DNA from: an uncultured delta proteobacterium
Lineage (GTDB): Bacteria > Desulfobacterota > Syntrophobacteria > BM002
DNA: 64,000 bases
Assembly (NCBI GenBank): GCA_963712115.1
Contig: CAVQGX010000002.1
Location: forward strand, 40,279-104,278
Direction of reading: 5' to 3'
Within the stretch, counting starts at the first letter, position 1. Each line of letters begins with the position of its first letter. Below are positions 43,638 to 54,189 of this stretch, piece by piece. Under the pieces are notes generated by a model. That model saw only the letters and a program-made list of their open reading frames with translations. It had not been told where the DNA came from and did not search any database. Both the position numbers and the translations under genes were made by a program.

Positions 43638-44469
43638 ATGAAAAGACATTACCTGGTATTTGAGACAGGAGCGCTCGAGAAAACAATCTACCCATTACTG
43701 GAAACCACAACCATTGGCCGCGACTCGAGCAATTTGATCCCCTTGGCGGATCCCACTGCCTCGCGCAATCATGCCAAAGTGCACTACCATGAAGGGTCCT
43801 GGGTGGTTGAGGATTTAGGAAGCACCAACGGTATCATCTTCAATGGCGAGCGGGTAGAAAAAATTTCTCTCAGTTCAGGAGACTCATTCCAGATAGGGAA
43901 AACTTCTTTCACTGTGGTTGAGAGGGAAATCGGTGAGTCAGAGGATCCTCTGCAAACAACCCTGGAGTTTTTCTCTCCAGCCAGCTTAGCTGGAACGGAC
44001 CGGAGGTCTGTACGACTCATGGATGTCATCTCCAAGATTCCCTTCTTTGTCCCCCTCCAGGAGACAGAACGGGAGGAGTTGGCGGAGGACGCCACCATGC
44101 ATGTATTCAGTGCTGGAGAGATGATCATCCGGGAGGGAGATACAGGACGTTCAGTCTATATCATTCTGGATGGCCGGGTAAAGGTGTTTCACCAGAGATG
44201 ACGGTGGAAATGAGTTACCACTTGCAACCTTGGGGGTGGGTCAGTTTTTTGGCGAAATGTCACTGGTGAGCGGTAAACCCCGTTCAAGTTCGGTAACGGC
44301 CCTCGAGCTGAGTGTACTGGTTGAACTCAGCTATGCTAGTATGGCAAAGGTTATAGACCAAAATCTGGCCGTGAAGGAAGTTCTGGAGGAATATCACAAG
44401 GTCCGCAAACAGGACACGCTGGATAAACTTGCCAAGATGGGATTGACCAAATCTGAGCTACTTCCTTAA
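43638..44469 (+). pseudogene. FHA + cNMP-binding domain protein with +1 frameshift (possibly an artefact)
   Basis: FHA: IGR, SRNHA, STNG; cNMP: IIREGD, FFGEMSL, RSSSV; removing one T of 44187-44189 gives KVFTRDDGGNE. Confidence 0.85.
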
Positions 44470-44715
44470 TTTCGGATTGCGGATTTGGGATTTCGGATTT
44501 AACAAGGCATAGGGCATAGCACTAAGCTGTCATTTGGCCACTAGATGTGGCCGTCATTACGCTACGCTGTCATTCATGGTCATTTGTTGTAACAACCTAA
44601 TGACGGCCGTAAGGCCTAATGACGGCGCAGCCGAATGACGCGGAGCAAATGACCTTTCAGTGCCTAGTGCTTAGTCCCTAGTGCCTAGTAAAACCTGTCC
44701 TCTGACCTCTGTCAT
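44470..44715. repeat. Nested array: TTCGGAT, GCATAGG, GTCATT/AATGAC palindrome, TGCCTAG, CTCTGAC
   Basis: Successive 7-bp-period families around a central palindrome. Confidence 0.85.
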
Positions 44716-45567
44716 CTATTCGTACTCATAGAACCCCTTTCCTACCTTGCGTCCCAGCCAGCCGGCTTCCACATATTGACGGAGTAAGGGGCAGGGTCGG
44801 TACTTGGAATCAGAAAAGCCGTTGTAAAGAGTTTCCATAATAGCTAAGCAGGTGTCCAAGCCAATTAGATCCGCTAAAGCCAGGGGACCCATAGGGTGGT
44901 TCATTCCCAGTTTCATCACTGTGTCAATGTCGTCTCGGCTACCCACTCCGTGGTAGAGGCAAAAGATGGCCTCGTTGATCATCGGCATGAGGATTCGGTT
45001 GGCGATGAAGGCCGGGTAATCACTGGCCTTTATAGGAGTCTTGCCAAATCTAACGGCCAAATCCCAGGTGGTTTTGAAAGTTTTTTCCGAGGTGACCAGA
45101 CCTGGAATGACTTCCACCAGTTGCATCAGGGGCACGGGATTCATGAAATGCATCCCAATGACTTTGTCGGGACGTTTGGTCTGGGCCGCAATGCGGCCAA
45201 TGGGAATAGAAGAAGTATTGGTGGCAAGGATGACCTCAGGCCTGCAGATTTCATCAAGATCACAGAAAATTCTAAATTTTAACTGTTCATTCTCGGTGGC
45301 AGCCTCGATGACAAAGTCGCATGCTGACAATTCTGCTTTCTCCACAGTAGTTTTTATGCGGCCTATAATAGTTTCCTTTTCCTCGCCACTCATTCTGCCT
45401 TTTTCTACATTGCGGCTCAAAATCTTTATAATGTTTTTCAAGCCGCCCTGGACAAACTCTTCTTTGATGTCGCTCATGATTACCTGCAGGCCGCTCATGG
45501 CCGCAACCTGAGCAATGCCATTTCCCATCTGACCAGCACCGACTACTCCCAGAGTCTTAACCTCCAT
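44716..45567 (-). CDS. hbd: 3-hydroxybutyryl-CoA dehydrogenase
   Basis: GAGQMGNGIA, NTSS, GMHFMNP, HPMGPL, GWLGRK. Confidence 0.95.
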   Translation of the reverse strand: MEVKTLGVVGAGQMGNGIAQVAAMSGLQVIMSDIKEEFVQGGLKNIIKILSRNVEKGRMSGEEKETIIGRIKTTVEKAELSACDFVIEAATENEQLKFRIFCDLDEICRPEVILATNTSSIPIGRIAAQTKRPDKVIGMHFMNPVPLMQLVEVIPGLVTSEKTFKTTWDLAVRFGKTPIKASDYPAFIANRILMPMINEAIFCLYHGVGSRDDIDTVMKLGMNHPMGPLALADLIGLDTCLAIMETLYNGFSDSKYRPCPLLRQYVEAGWLGRKVGKGFYEYE

Positions 45568-45624
45568 GGTGATTTCTCCTACCGTGGTTGTTTCAAAATA
45601 CTCTTGATCCTAAGCAATGGTCTC

Positions 45625-45783
45625 AAATTCGAAATCCTAATATCTAAATCCTAAACAATTCTCAAATTACCAAAATCCGAATGACCAAAACGTGACTTTT
45701 GGTCATCTGATTAATTTGTTTGAAAAATTGGTAAATTTGGATTTAGGATTTGTTTAGAATTTCGTGCTTCGGATTTCGGATTT
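45625..45783. repeat. ~160-bp AAATCCG / TTCGGAT palindromic element, copy 2
   Basis: Right arm TTGTTTAGAATTTCGTGCTTCGGATTTCGGATTT nearly complements the left arm of the 35565 copy. Confidence 0.85.
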
Positions 45784-46960
45784 CTAACGCTTTACAACCA
45801 TCGCCACAGCCTCACCACCGCCGAGGCAGAGCGATGCTAATCCAGTCTTCTTGTCTTGTCTGATCATTTCGTGCAGCAAAGTTACTAAAACGCGACAACC
45901 GCTGGCACCGATTGGATGTCCGAGGGCAACACTGCCTCCGTTAACATTCACCTTGGCCGGATCCAGTTGCAATTCACGCAAAACACCCACAGTGGAGCCG
46001 CTGAAGGCTTCATTGATTTCGAAAAGATCCACGTCTTCCTGGGCGATACCCTCTTTGGCTAAGCACTTGGGGACCCCTAGGATGGGCGCTACCAGTAAGT
46101 ATTTAGCATCAATACCCGCTGAGGCTTGGGCGCCGATTGTGGCCATGATTTGGCAGCCCATTGCTTCTGCCTTCTCTCTTGACATAACTACCACCGCGGC
46201 TGCCCCGTCGCTAATAATGGAGGAGTTACCTGGAGTGGTGACTCCCCCTTCTTTGAAAACCGGTTTTAAACGGGCAAGACTCTCGTAGGACGACTCCCTG
46301 GGGCATTCGTCCCGGTCAAACAGGAGGGGGTCTCCCTTTTTTTGAGGTATTGAGACGGGCATAATTTCTTGTTTAAACTTGCCTGCCTCAATTGCCAACA
46401 GCGCCCGCCGATAGGATTCAGCTGCATAACGATCCTGATCCTCTCGGGTGACATTATATTTCTCGGAACAGAGCTCATTGGATATACCCATGTGGAAATC
46501 ATTGACGAGGTCCCAAAGTCCATCGTGTATCATGTGGTCATGTAAGGTCGCATTACCAAGTCGGTAGCCGAATCGCGCCTTTTTCCAGGTAGTAGGGCGC
46601 TTGACTCATACTCTCCATGCCGCCGGCAACGGCAACATCGGCATCACCCAACTGGATGGCTTGAGCTGCCAGCATTACAGCCTTCAAACCGGAACCACAC
46701 ACCTTGTTGATGGTGAGGCACTCTGCTTCCCAGGGTAGACCGGCCTGAATTGCCGCCTGTCTTGCCGGATTCTGGCCGTAACCACAGGGAAGCACTATCC
46801 CCATGTTAACCTCGTTTACATCTTCTTTGGCGATTCCAGCCCGTCTTATTGCCTCCTCAATGACGAGTGCACCCAGCTGGGTAGCACCAAATGTACTCAG
46901 AGTACCATCGAAATTGCCTATGGGAGTGCGCACAGCGCTAACGATGACCGCTTCTCTCAT
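45784..46960 (-). pseudogene. Acetyl-CoA acetyltransferase (thiolase) with +1 frameshift (possibly an artefact)
   Basis: NKVCGSG, EINEAF, GHPIGASG, LCLGGG intact; removing one base of 46580-46584 gives [11 protein letters not shown] and a 391-aa protein. Confidence 0.9.
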
Positions 46961-47135
46961 ACTGGTCTCTCCTCCTAATGCTTCGCTTCAATAAGCTTTG
47001 CTGTCATTCATTGTAATCAAATCATTAGGCTACTATCTAGCAACAATGACTTACTATAAATGACGGGCGATCAGCCCACTTGTCCTAATGACAACGTAGT
47101 GTAATGACAGTATGGCGTTTTGCGCCATACGTCCG

Positions 47136-47190
47136 CTGAACGAGCGCTCAGTCAGATAGAATTGATAACACGCCATCCGGGTAGTGTCAA
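47136..47190 (-). promoter_or_regulatory. sigma70 promoter and operator of thiolase-hbd operon
   Basis: Minus strand TTGACA (47190-47185), 17 bp, TGn-TATCAA, 6 bp, CTGACTGAGCGCTCGTTCAG (47155-47136). Confidence 0.8.
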
Positions 47191-47342
47191 GATTTTTGCC
47201 TAACTGAAACAATAAAGCAAAGAAAAATGTCGCATTTCCTCAATTCCCCAATTACCAAATATATTTTATAGTTGGATATTACAAAGTATATTAGCTCTGG
47301 TATTCTTCCAGAAAAAGTGAATCATAAAAGGAGTCTCTAAGA

Positions 47343-48851
47343 ATGAAGTACAGGACTAAGATCTTCTTGTTTACCCTGATTTTCTTCCAGCTAAACTCTA
47401 TTAGCTACGGCGGGCAAGGAAACTCACCCATTGACACGCAGGTAGTGCGGATCCTTGCTACTAAAAAGGAGGCCTACTATCACAAGCCTTGGAAGAGTCC
47501 CAACTTCGAAACTGTCGCGGCCAGCGGTTTCTTTTTCAAAGATAAGAAAGATTTTCCAGGGATGAAAGGGTTGATCCTGACAAACGCGCACGTGGTGGCC
47601 ATGGCTCAAAGTATCAAAATATCCAATGGTCGGGAGAAACGGCGCTACGAGGTTAAGCTCTTAGGCATATGCAACTCTGCCGATTTTGCTGTCCTCCAGA
47701 TGGAACCCCAAGAACTGGAGGCATACGAAACCCGCAACGGCAAGGTAGTTCCGCTGCAACTCGGTGACAGTGATGAACTGCGTGTGGGAGATAAGGTCTT
47801 GGGCTGGGGTTATCCCCTTGGTGGAGAGAGGATTAGTAAATCAGAAGAAGGCGAAATAAGCAGGATCGAGGTGAACCGATATACCTACTCCCAGGAATAT
47901 TGGCTCATGGTCCAGGCCTCACTTCAGCAGAACCGGGGAAACTCAGGCGGTCCGGTTCTCAAAAACGGAAAAGTGGTTGGAATTGCCTTCCAGGGAGTAA
48001 GTGCCAGTGATCGAATCAATTACTTCATCCCAATTAATTTGGTTAAACACCTAATGGGATTGCTCCAGAACGAAGAACTAATTCCACGCTGGCAATACGA
48101 GGCCCAGCCCATGTTTCCCCGACTAAAAGATTACTACCAGCTAGAGGCCAGCCAAGGGGGCGTGCTTCTAAATTATGTCATTCCGGACGGAGGTCCCCAC
48201 AAATTTGGACTTCGCAACAATGACATCCTTTTAGAAATAGATGGGCATGAGATAGACAACTTCGGCGATATCTTCTTTGAGCCCCTGGGACAGAAAATCT
48301 ACTTTGAAGAGATACTCAATCGCAAGAGAGTAGGTGACCCCCTGAAGGTCAAGGTGATCAGGGAGGGGAAAGTTCTGGAGATCAAAGGTAAAGTGACTAA
48401 GGGACTGCCAAAACTGGTATCCAAAATCTTCACCAGGGCCAATTACTTCGTCACCGGTGGCATTGGCTTTGTCGAACTAACGTACAACTGTATCAAGAAT
48501 CTCGGTAGGTCAGGTCGCTCATATGAAGAAAAATACCTCGAGGAGTTCCCTCAGAAGCCATATCAGAAGGTAGTCATTATTTCTGAGATATTTCCTGAAT
48601 ATGGGTTGGTGGAGACCTCAGCTTATTTAAGGCGGGTGGAGAAGATCAACGATGTGGAGGTGCTGAACATAGGGCACCTGTACGATACTATTCAGGATCT
48701 GAAGAAGAAGGGAGAGAAAAAGGTTTTGTTGAAGCTTTCCGGGAATATTCAGCTGCCTTTGGACCTTGAAAAGGCAGACGAATTGGATCGAGAGATCAAG
48801 GAAAAATACGGTATCTTGTATATGAAAACTGCAGGTGGGTTTTTAAAGTAA
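47343..48851 (+). CDS. Secreted HtrA/DegP-like serine protease with PDZ domains
   Basis: Signal peptide; TNAHVV, SADFA, GNSGGP triad; PDZ region. Confidence 0.92.
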   Translation: MKYRTKIFLFTLIFFQLNSISYGGQGNSPIDTQVVRILATKKEAYYHKPWKSPNFETVAASGFFFKDKKDFPGMKGLILTNAHVVAMAQSIKISNGREKRRYEVKLLGICNSADFAVLQMEPQELEAYETRNGKVVPLQLGDSDELRVGDKVLGWGYPLGGERISKSEEGEISRIEVNRYTYSQEYWLMVQASLQQNRGNSGGPVLKNGKVVGIAFQGVSASDRINYFIPINLVKHLMGLLQNEELIPRWQYEAQPMFPRLKDYYQLEASQGGVLLNYVIPDGGPHKFGLRNNDILLEIDGHEIDNFGDIFFEPLGQKIYFEEILNRKRVGDPLKVKVIREGKVLEIKGKVTKGLPKLVSKIFTRANYFVTGGIGFVELTYNCIKNLGRSGRSYEEKYLEEFPQKPYQKVVIISEIFPEYGLVETSAYLRRVEKINDVEVLNIGHLYDTIQDLKKKGEKKVLLKLSGNIQLPLDLEKADELDREIKEKYGILYMKTAGGFLK

Positions 48852-48883
48852 TCCTTCCAGTCAGTCGGAGATACGAAAGCTGG

Positions 48884-49067
48884 TAGCCCGGATATTTCAT
48901 GAATTGCTGTCGCGAGACCGCGAAGATGGGCTTGCCACCTGGCAACCGCAGGGTGTTGGTTCCGAGGCGTACCTGAAAGGTACGTCGCAGGGGCCGACAC
49001 TTGAGGACGCCAGGAAGGAAGGTCATATTCGTGGTCGCAGTAGGCAATTCATGAAATATCCGGGCTA
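48884..49067. mobile_element. 184-bp MITE, copy 2
   Basis: Perfect 24-bp TIR TAGCCCGGATATTTCATGAATTGC; homologous to 32942-33125. Confidence 0.85.
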
Positions 49068-49100
49068 GGGAAAAAGGAAGGGGCTAGCCTTTTCGGCTAG

Positions 49101-50700
49101 GAGTCTGTCGGAGTATTACTAGGATTTCTTTGACTCCTTCGGTTGTTCTTTGAAAATCTGAGCGTTTTGTATCGAAGCCGACCTTGGTCAGTTGGTGCTG
49201 TCAGGCTTGGACCCCTTGTCTTTGCTCAAGCTGACGAGCAAGGTTCAGTATCCCCCTGGGGTTAGGCTGTTACCGGCTTCCATCCACTGCGAAACAGCTT
49301 CAAGAGGTTGTGCCCGAGGCAGATCAACTCCCACTCGGCACTCACCTTGTCGAAGCCCCGCAAGAGGAACTGGCGGAACCCTCGCACCTGCTTGATTTGG
49401 CCAAACACTGGCTCGACGATCTCTTTGCGCTTCGAATAGGTGTTTCTGCCCCTGATCGTTCGCAGCTTGCGAGCCATTCGCTCCTTGACCGTGGCATCTT
49501 TGGGAATACGCCCTCGAGGAGCCGCTGGCACCCGATCCGTGTGCTTCCACTTACCAGTAGCCACATAGGCGTCGATGTGTTGGTCAGTAAGGTAGGTGAC
49601 ATTGTCTTGGCTGTAGTAGTCACTATCAGCACTTAGCTGCTTGGGCGTGGCGCCATCTAGGTTGCTCTTCAGTTTCTCCATTACTGGTTTGACTTGACGC
49701 TTGTCGTTGGCATACTGGGTAACCCGTGGAGCAAGGATCACCTGATGGGCCTCATCAACAGCTGCCTGGCAGTTGTAGCATTGTTCAAAAGACTTGGTGG
49801 CGCTCATCTTCATGATCCGCGAGTCCGGATCAGTGAAGTTGCGCTGGGCTTTAGGCTCGGGCTTGTCTGAAGGAGCCTTCGGTGGTCGACCTCGACGGCT
49901 ACCCGGACGACTATCGTAGTCCTGTCTCTTTTTCTCGTAGGCGGCTTGTTGCTCAGGAGCATGCTTTAAGACTTCCCGCTCCAGTGCCGCTTTGGCCTCT
50001 TTGATCTTGGCAAGCCGTGATTGCTTGAACCGCAGCTCCTCGGGTACCTCGTCACCACCTCGGCCCTTTCCGTAACGGCTGTCCTCGCTCGCATCCATTG
50101 CCTCGGCCTCAGCAAGCAGACGCTGCACTTCGGCTTCGAGCTCTCGAACACTCTTTTCCATGCGAGCGTAGCTCATCGCCTTGTGCTTCGAAGCGTTGGC
50201 CCGAACCTTTGTACCATCCAAGGCTACGTGCCCCAACTTTAACAATCCAGCTCTCTGGCACAGCCTGAGCACCTGGACAAAAAGAGCGGCTAATGCCTTC
50301 AGATGGCGACGACGAAACGCACAAATGGTGGCGTGATCCGGATGTTGGTCTGCCGCAAGCAGCCGAAACGCAATTGACTCATAGGTGGCTTTCTCGATCT
50401 TGCGGCTACTGGGAACCCCTACACAGTAGGCGTAGATCAAAAGCGCCACCATCATCTCAGGATGGTACGCTGGATAGCCCCCTTTGGAACCATCATAGCT
50501 AGCGAAAATCTCTGATAGCTCCAACTGACCCACCACATCACGGATGAAGTACACCAAGTGGTCTTCAGGCAACCACTTGCTCATGTCGGGGGGCAACAAA
50601 AACAACTGACCTGGCTCGTAACGGCGGAATGTATTTGGTGTTTTCATGAACCAGAGTTTACCATATTAACTCATAACTTTGGGAGTACTCCGACAGACTC
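49101..50700 (-). mobile_element. IS1182-family insertion sequence, copy 1 (1600 bp)
   Basis: TIR GAGTCTGTCGGAGTA / TACTCCGACAGACTC; CTAG at 49097-49100 and 50701-50704. Confidence 0.95.
49262..50647 (-). CDS. IS1182-family DDE transposase
   Basis: WLPEDHL, YHPEMM, SSRKIE, DGTKVRANAS, TDPDSR, VEPVFGQIK. Confidence 0.95.
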   Translation of the reverse strand: MKTPNTFRRYEPGQLFLLPPDMSKWLPEDHLVYFIRDVVGQLELSEIFASYDGSKGGYPAYHPEMMVALLIYAYCVGVPSSRKIEKATYESIAFRLLAADQHPDHATICAFRRRHLKALAALFVQVLRLCQRAGLLKLGHVALDGTKVRANASKHKAMSYARMEKSVRELEAEVQRLLAEAEAMDASEDSRYGKGRGGDEVPEELRFKQSRLAKIKEAKAALEREVLKHAPEQQAAYEKKRQDYDSRPGSRRGRPPKAPSDKPEPKAQRNFTDPDSRIMKMSATKSFEQCYNCQAAVDEAHQVILAPRVTQYANDKRQVKPVMEKLKSNLDGATPKQLSADSDYYSQDNVTYLTDQHIDAYVATGKWKHTDRVPAAPRGRIPKDATVKERMARKLRTIRGRNTYSKRKEIVEPVFGQIKQVRGFRQFLLRGFDKVSAEWELICLGHNLLKLFRSGWKPVTA

Positions 50701-51073
50701 CTAGAAGACGAAATTCTCAGGATGGGGATTGGCTTGGACTTCGGGTAAGAACGCTTACTTTCAGCTTAAGCGGAAATCAGCTTATGACCTTTGAGAAGGC
50801 AGTTTTTAGAGCAGATTTTTCCCGTTACAGATCATCACGCGGCTTGCGTGCAAGAGCTTGTAATTTTATTCTTTTTCCACTACACTTCAAGAAGTTGAAT
50901 ACTCATCCTCTTTAGGTCATCAGCTCCCCTGCAGGCGAACTGCGATAAGGAATATCGACTTGGGCGCTATCAAAATAAGCCCTGGCAATGTGTGAATTGT
51001 CTGAAAGGAAAAAGGGCTTAAGTCGTGCCAATGCTAATTCAGTGACTTTATAAGATCCCAAACCACCTTTGAA

Positions 51074-52351
51074 ATGACAGCTATATTGAAAAATATAAAA
51101 AGAAAGCTTGCCCGGGAAAGAAATCTTCCGGAAGACATTGCTGAAATAGGCGTCCCCGCGAATGACAATGAAGATGAGATCATTGATCTGGTGGATTCTC
51201 TGGAAGAAGACTCATGCACCACAAATGATACGGTTTTTGGCGAAGCAGAGCCAGTAGGTGCCTTAAGTGATGAGCCCTCGGACGAGAAGGTAGAAAAAGT
51301 TCTTGAAACCGATGGTGAAGTTGTAGATGAACTCGAGGATACATTGGATGCGGAATTGTTAAAAGGTGTTGCTTGGAAAATTCCTCAAGCGCCGGCCAGT
51401 GAGAATATGACTGATCAGGATCTTGAAGAAGCCTTGCTGGAACTATTTGAATCAAGTGAGTCATTTGTTTCCGAAATTGTCGAACAGGGCCAAGAAAGTG
51501 GCGAAAAGGACGAAGAAATTTCTTCGGCCGGTGCGAATCGCCTTGGCTACAGGCCAGTGGATTTGCAGATAACCGCTGAGGCTGTCAAAGAAAAAAATAC
51601 CACCGGAAAGGGACCTGAACTAGAAGATGCGATACGCAAGAATCTCTTCGTTAACATAAAGTTAGAGAAAGGAGACCTTGACGATAAGGCTCTTACCGTT
51701 GAGCCCGATGCTCCGAGGAGAGAGTTTGAAATGACAACTGACAAAATAGCTTGGATAGAAAGTGACCAGTATTACCCAACAGCTCTTCAGGCGCTTGACA
51801 AAAAAATCGCAGAATTTAAGCAAGAGATAGAAAATCTAACTGCCGAGAAAGAGAAATTGAAGAAAAAGTACGAATCTGTAAGAAGCATTCTATACTTAAA
51901 GGATGAAGAGCTAAAGAAAGCCGTGGCAGAAATATTCGCTAATTACTGGTCTTTAAAGATTTCTCATATGGATAAAACAAAAAGAGCAGGATTCAGAGAA
52001 AACATTCTGATTGAACATAACGGCAGTGATATTTTGGTCAAAATTAAAGGGACCCATGAGGACTACCCGTCAATTAAATTTATCACTGAAGTCTGGAAAG
52101 ATTTACATTATTCAGGATTGGGAACCGGCGCTGAAGGTGCCCTGGTTTTAAACTACGGCTTGGAGAAAAATCCCAAAGAAAGAAACTTAGCATATAAGGA
52201 AGACAAAGAGCAGCTTGAGGACCTCATTTTCATAGATACTAGAGTGCTTCACAACTTGACTACCGTAATAATTGATGGCGATCTAACTATCGAAGAAGCA
52301 AAAAGAATACTCTTGAAAAAAGGTAGAGTTGAATACAATATATCGGATTAA
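51074..52351 (+). CDS. Hypothetical protein: acidic N-terminus, coiled coil, alpha/beta C-terminal domain
   Basis: 425-aa ORF, more AT-rich than core genes. Confidence 0.8.
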   Translation: MTAILKNIKRKLARERNLPEDIAEIGVPANDNEDEIIDLVDSLEEDSCTTNDTVFGEAEPVGALSDEPSDEKVEKVLETDGEVVDELEDTLDAELLKGVAWKIPQAPASENMTDQDLEEALLELFESSESFVSEIVEQGQESGEKDEEISSAGANRLGYRPVDLQITAEAVKEKNTTGKGPELEDAIRKNLFVNIKLEKGDLDDKALTVEPDAPRREFEMTTDKIAWIESDQYYPTALQALDKKIAEFKQEIENLTAEKEKLKKKYESVRSILYLKDEELKKAVAEIFANYWSLKISHMDKTKRAGFRENILIEHNGSDILVKIKGTHEDYPSIKFITEVWKDLHYSGLGTGAEGALVLNYGLEKNPKERNLAYKEDKEQLEDLIFIDTRVLHNLTTVIIDGDLTIEEAKRILLKKGRVEYNISD

Positions 52352-52374
52352 GCCTACTATTTCCTGGTAGGATA

Positions 52375-52600
52375 ACAACCAGCTGGCCGCCTTCCTCCTG
52401 GCCATTCAACACGTAACGAATACCGAATTTTGTGCCGCCCTTGCCGGGAATTCTTTTGGTGCGTCTGATAAGTTCTCTCGAATCGATGACTTGAATTTCG
52501 CCCCTCTGGGTGTTGGGAGCTTCTTGCCAGGTGGCGAAGGTGGTTTTGTACAAACCGAAGTCGATGATCTCTATGCTATCGACATCTGAGGCTTGAGAAA
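52375..52600 (-). pseudogene. DUF3859-like gene fragment
   Basis: IEIIDFGLY...TKRIPGK.GTKFGIRY; no ATG start; cut off by the convergent gene. Confidence 0.55.
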
Positions 52601-52621
52601 ACAAACGGCCACAAAACAGCA

Positions 52622-53596
52622 ATGAGGTCTGGGCGATACTACCTGAGAAGGCGATGCACCTTGCTTCTGTTATTTGTGGTCTGGATAGTCTGCTCTAATG
52701 GCTGTGCCACGCCGGCTGTTTCTCCACCACCTTCTGAGGAAGCTGTCAAGGAAAAACCAGAGATTGTCCCTCATGTACTGAGGGAGATTCGGGTGACCGA
52801 TAAGAAGGTTCTTTTGAAACTTATTCGCTCCGGCTCAAGAAGCATCAACTACACCGGCTTCAAGTTACTTGATCCTTTGCGCCTGGTGGTGGATTTGTTT
52901 TATACAGTGGCTGATAGAGTGCCTTCCCCTATAGCAGTGGAAGATGAGATCATCAGCAAAGTTGAAACCATAGAGTTTATCCATGAATTACAACCTGTAA
53001 CTCGAGTCGAGATAAGTTTAAACCAGGATACTGCGTATCTCATAGACCAAGCGCAAGATGAGATATGGGTGACCTTTTATACAGATCCCCATCTAATAGA
53101 GGCTGCAGAAGCCCAGGGTGAGCTTGTTATTCATCCAGAGGTTGAGGAGCCGCCAACTAATAAAAAGAAGGGAAAGACATCGGACATTTCCCAGGCCCCT
53201 ATGGAAGAGCCCGGAGTTACTCCTCCTCCTGCTGCAAAAGAGACCCTGGCTCCCGCTAGCAAAATCTTGGACATTCAACAGACAGTTTCTGGCGAGGACC
53301 TCAATGTCTATATTATTGGCAATGGACGGCTTGATAACTACGATGTCTTTGTGCTTAGTGATCCACCCCGTCTAGTGCTGGATTTCTTTGGCGTGCGATC
53401 CACCATGGTCAAAGATGTCCTGATTCCAGATGGCCCTTGGGTCAAACAAGTAAGGGTGGGTTTGCACTCAAACAAAGTGCGAGTAGTCTTTGACCTTATC
53501 CATGCCCCCAAAGCGGAAGTGCCTCATCAAATCACTTTTGACGATAGCCGACTGGTGATCTCTTTCAAACCAGGGCCTAGCTTTCCACCTCGATAA
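52622..53596 (+). CDS. AMIN domain-containing lipoprotein (two AMIN-like domains)
   Basis: Signal peptide ending SNGC; FKLLDPLRLVVDL; FVLSDPPRLVLDF; VRVG, KVRVVFDL. Confidence 0.85.
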   Translation: MRSGRYYLRRRCTLLLLFVVWIVCSNGCATPAVSPPPSEEAVKEKPEIVPHVLREIRVTDKKVLLKLIRSGSRSINYTGFKLLDPLRLVVDLFYTVADRVPSPIAVEDEIISKVETIEFIHELQPVTRVEISLNQDTAYLIDQAQDEIWVTFYTDPHLIEAAEAQGELVIHPEVEEPPTNKKKGKTSDISQAPMEEPGVTPPPAAKETLAPASKILDIQQTVSGEDLNVYIIGNGRLDNYDVFVLSDPPRLVLDFFGVRSTMVKDVLIPDGPWVKQVRVGLHSNKVRVVFDLIHAPKAEVPHQITFDDSRLVISFKPGPSFPPR

Positions 53597-53754
53597 TCTG
53601 ATATCGGCAGTTTTCTGTTTTCAAGGCTACATATAGTGGCCGGTTCTCAAAAGCTAAAGTGTAGATTAAACTATGTAAACTGCCGTCCAAAGTGATAGGA
53701 GACGGTTTTCGATGGTATGCTAAGTTGCTCTTCCTCGTTTTGGTTCTGCTAAAG

Positions 53755-54189
53755 TCAAGCCTCTGGTCGATTCTTCTCAAGTTCCTTTATATAAGCCACA
53801 GCTCTTTCCAGTTCATTGGTTAGGTAGCGTGTACGGAGAATCGACTTCACGCGGACTCCCAGCTCTACCAAGTCAATGGGCTTGTTGAGGAAATCATCAG
53901 CTCCCACTTCAATCGCATCTATCTTGTTTTCCTCATATCCGGTTATCATTATGATGGGTATATACTGCGTTTTCGGCTCAGCCTTTAATCTCCTGCAGAC
54001 TTCTATCCCGTCAATACCGGGCATCCTAACATCCAGCAAGATTGCATGTGGAGCCTCTCGTTTTGCCAACTCTGTGGCCTCTTCTCCGGCTGAGGCCAGA
54101 ATTACTTCATATCCTTCTTCTGTTAGAAAGCTAGCAAGTAAATCTCTTATCTCCAGTTCATCGTCAACCACTAGCACCTTTTCTCCCAT
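53755..54189 (-). CDS. Stand-alone receiver-domain response regulator
   Basis: KVLVVDDE, LLDVRMP, IIMITG, GADDFLNKP; ATG 54189. Confidence 0.92.
   Translation of the reverse strand: MGEKVLVVDDELEIRDLLASFLTEEGYEVILASAGEEATELAKREAPHAILLDVRMPGIDGIEVCRRLKAEPKTQYIPIIMITGYEENKIDAIEVGADDFLNKPIDLVELGVRVKSILRTRYLTNELERAVAYIKELEKNRPEA

Noticed and set aside
44199-44201. TGA in the FHA-cNMP gene as selenocysteine
   Set aside because: The domain continues in another frame, so it is a frameshift
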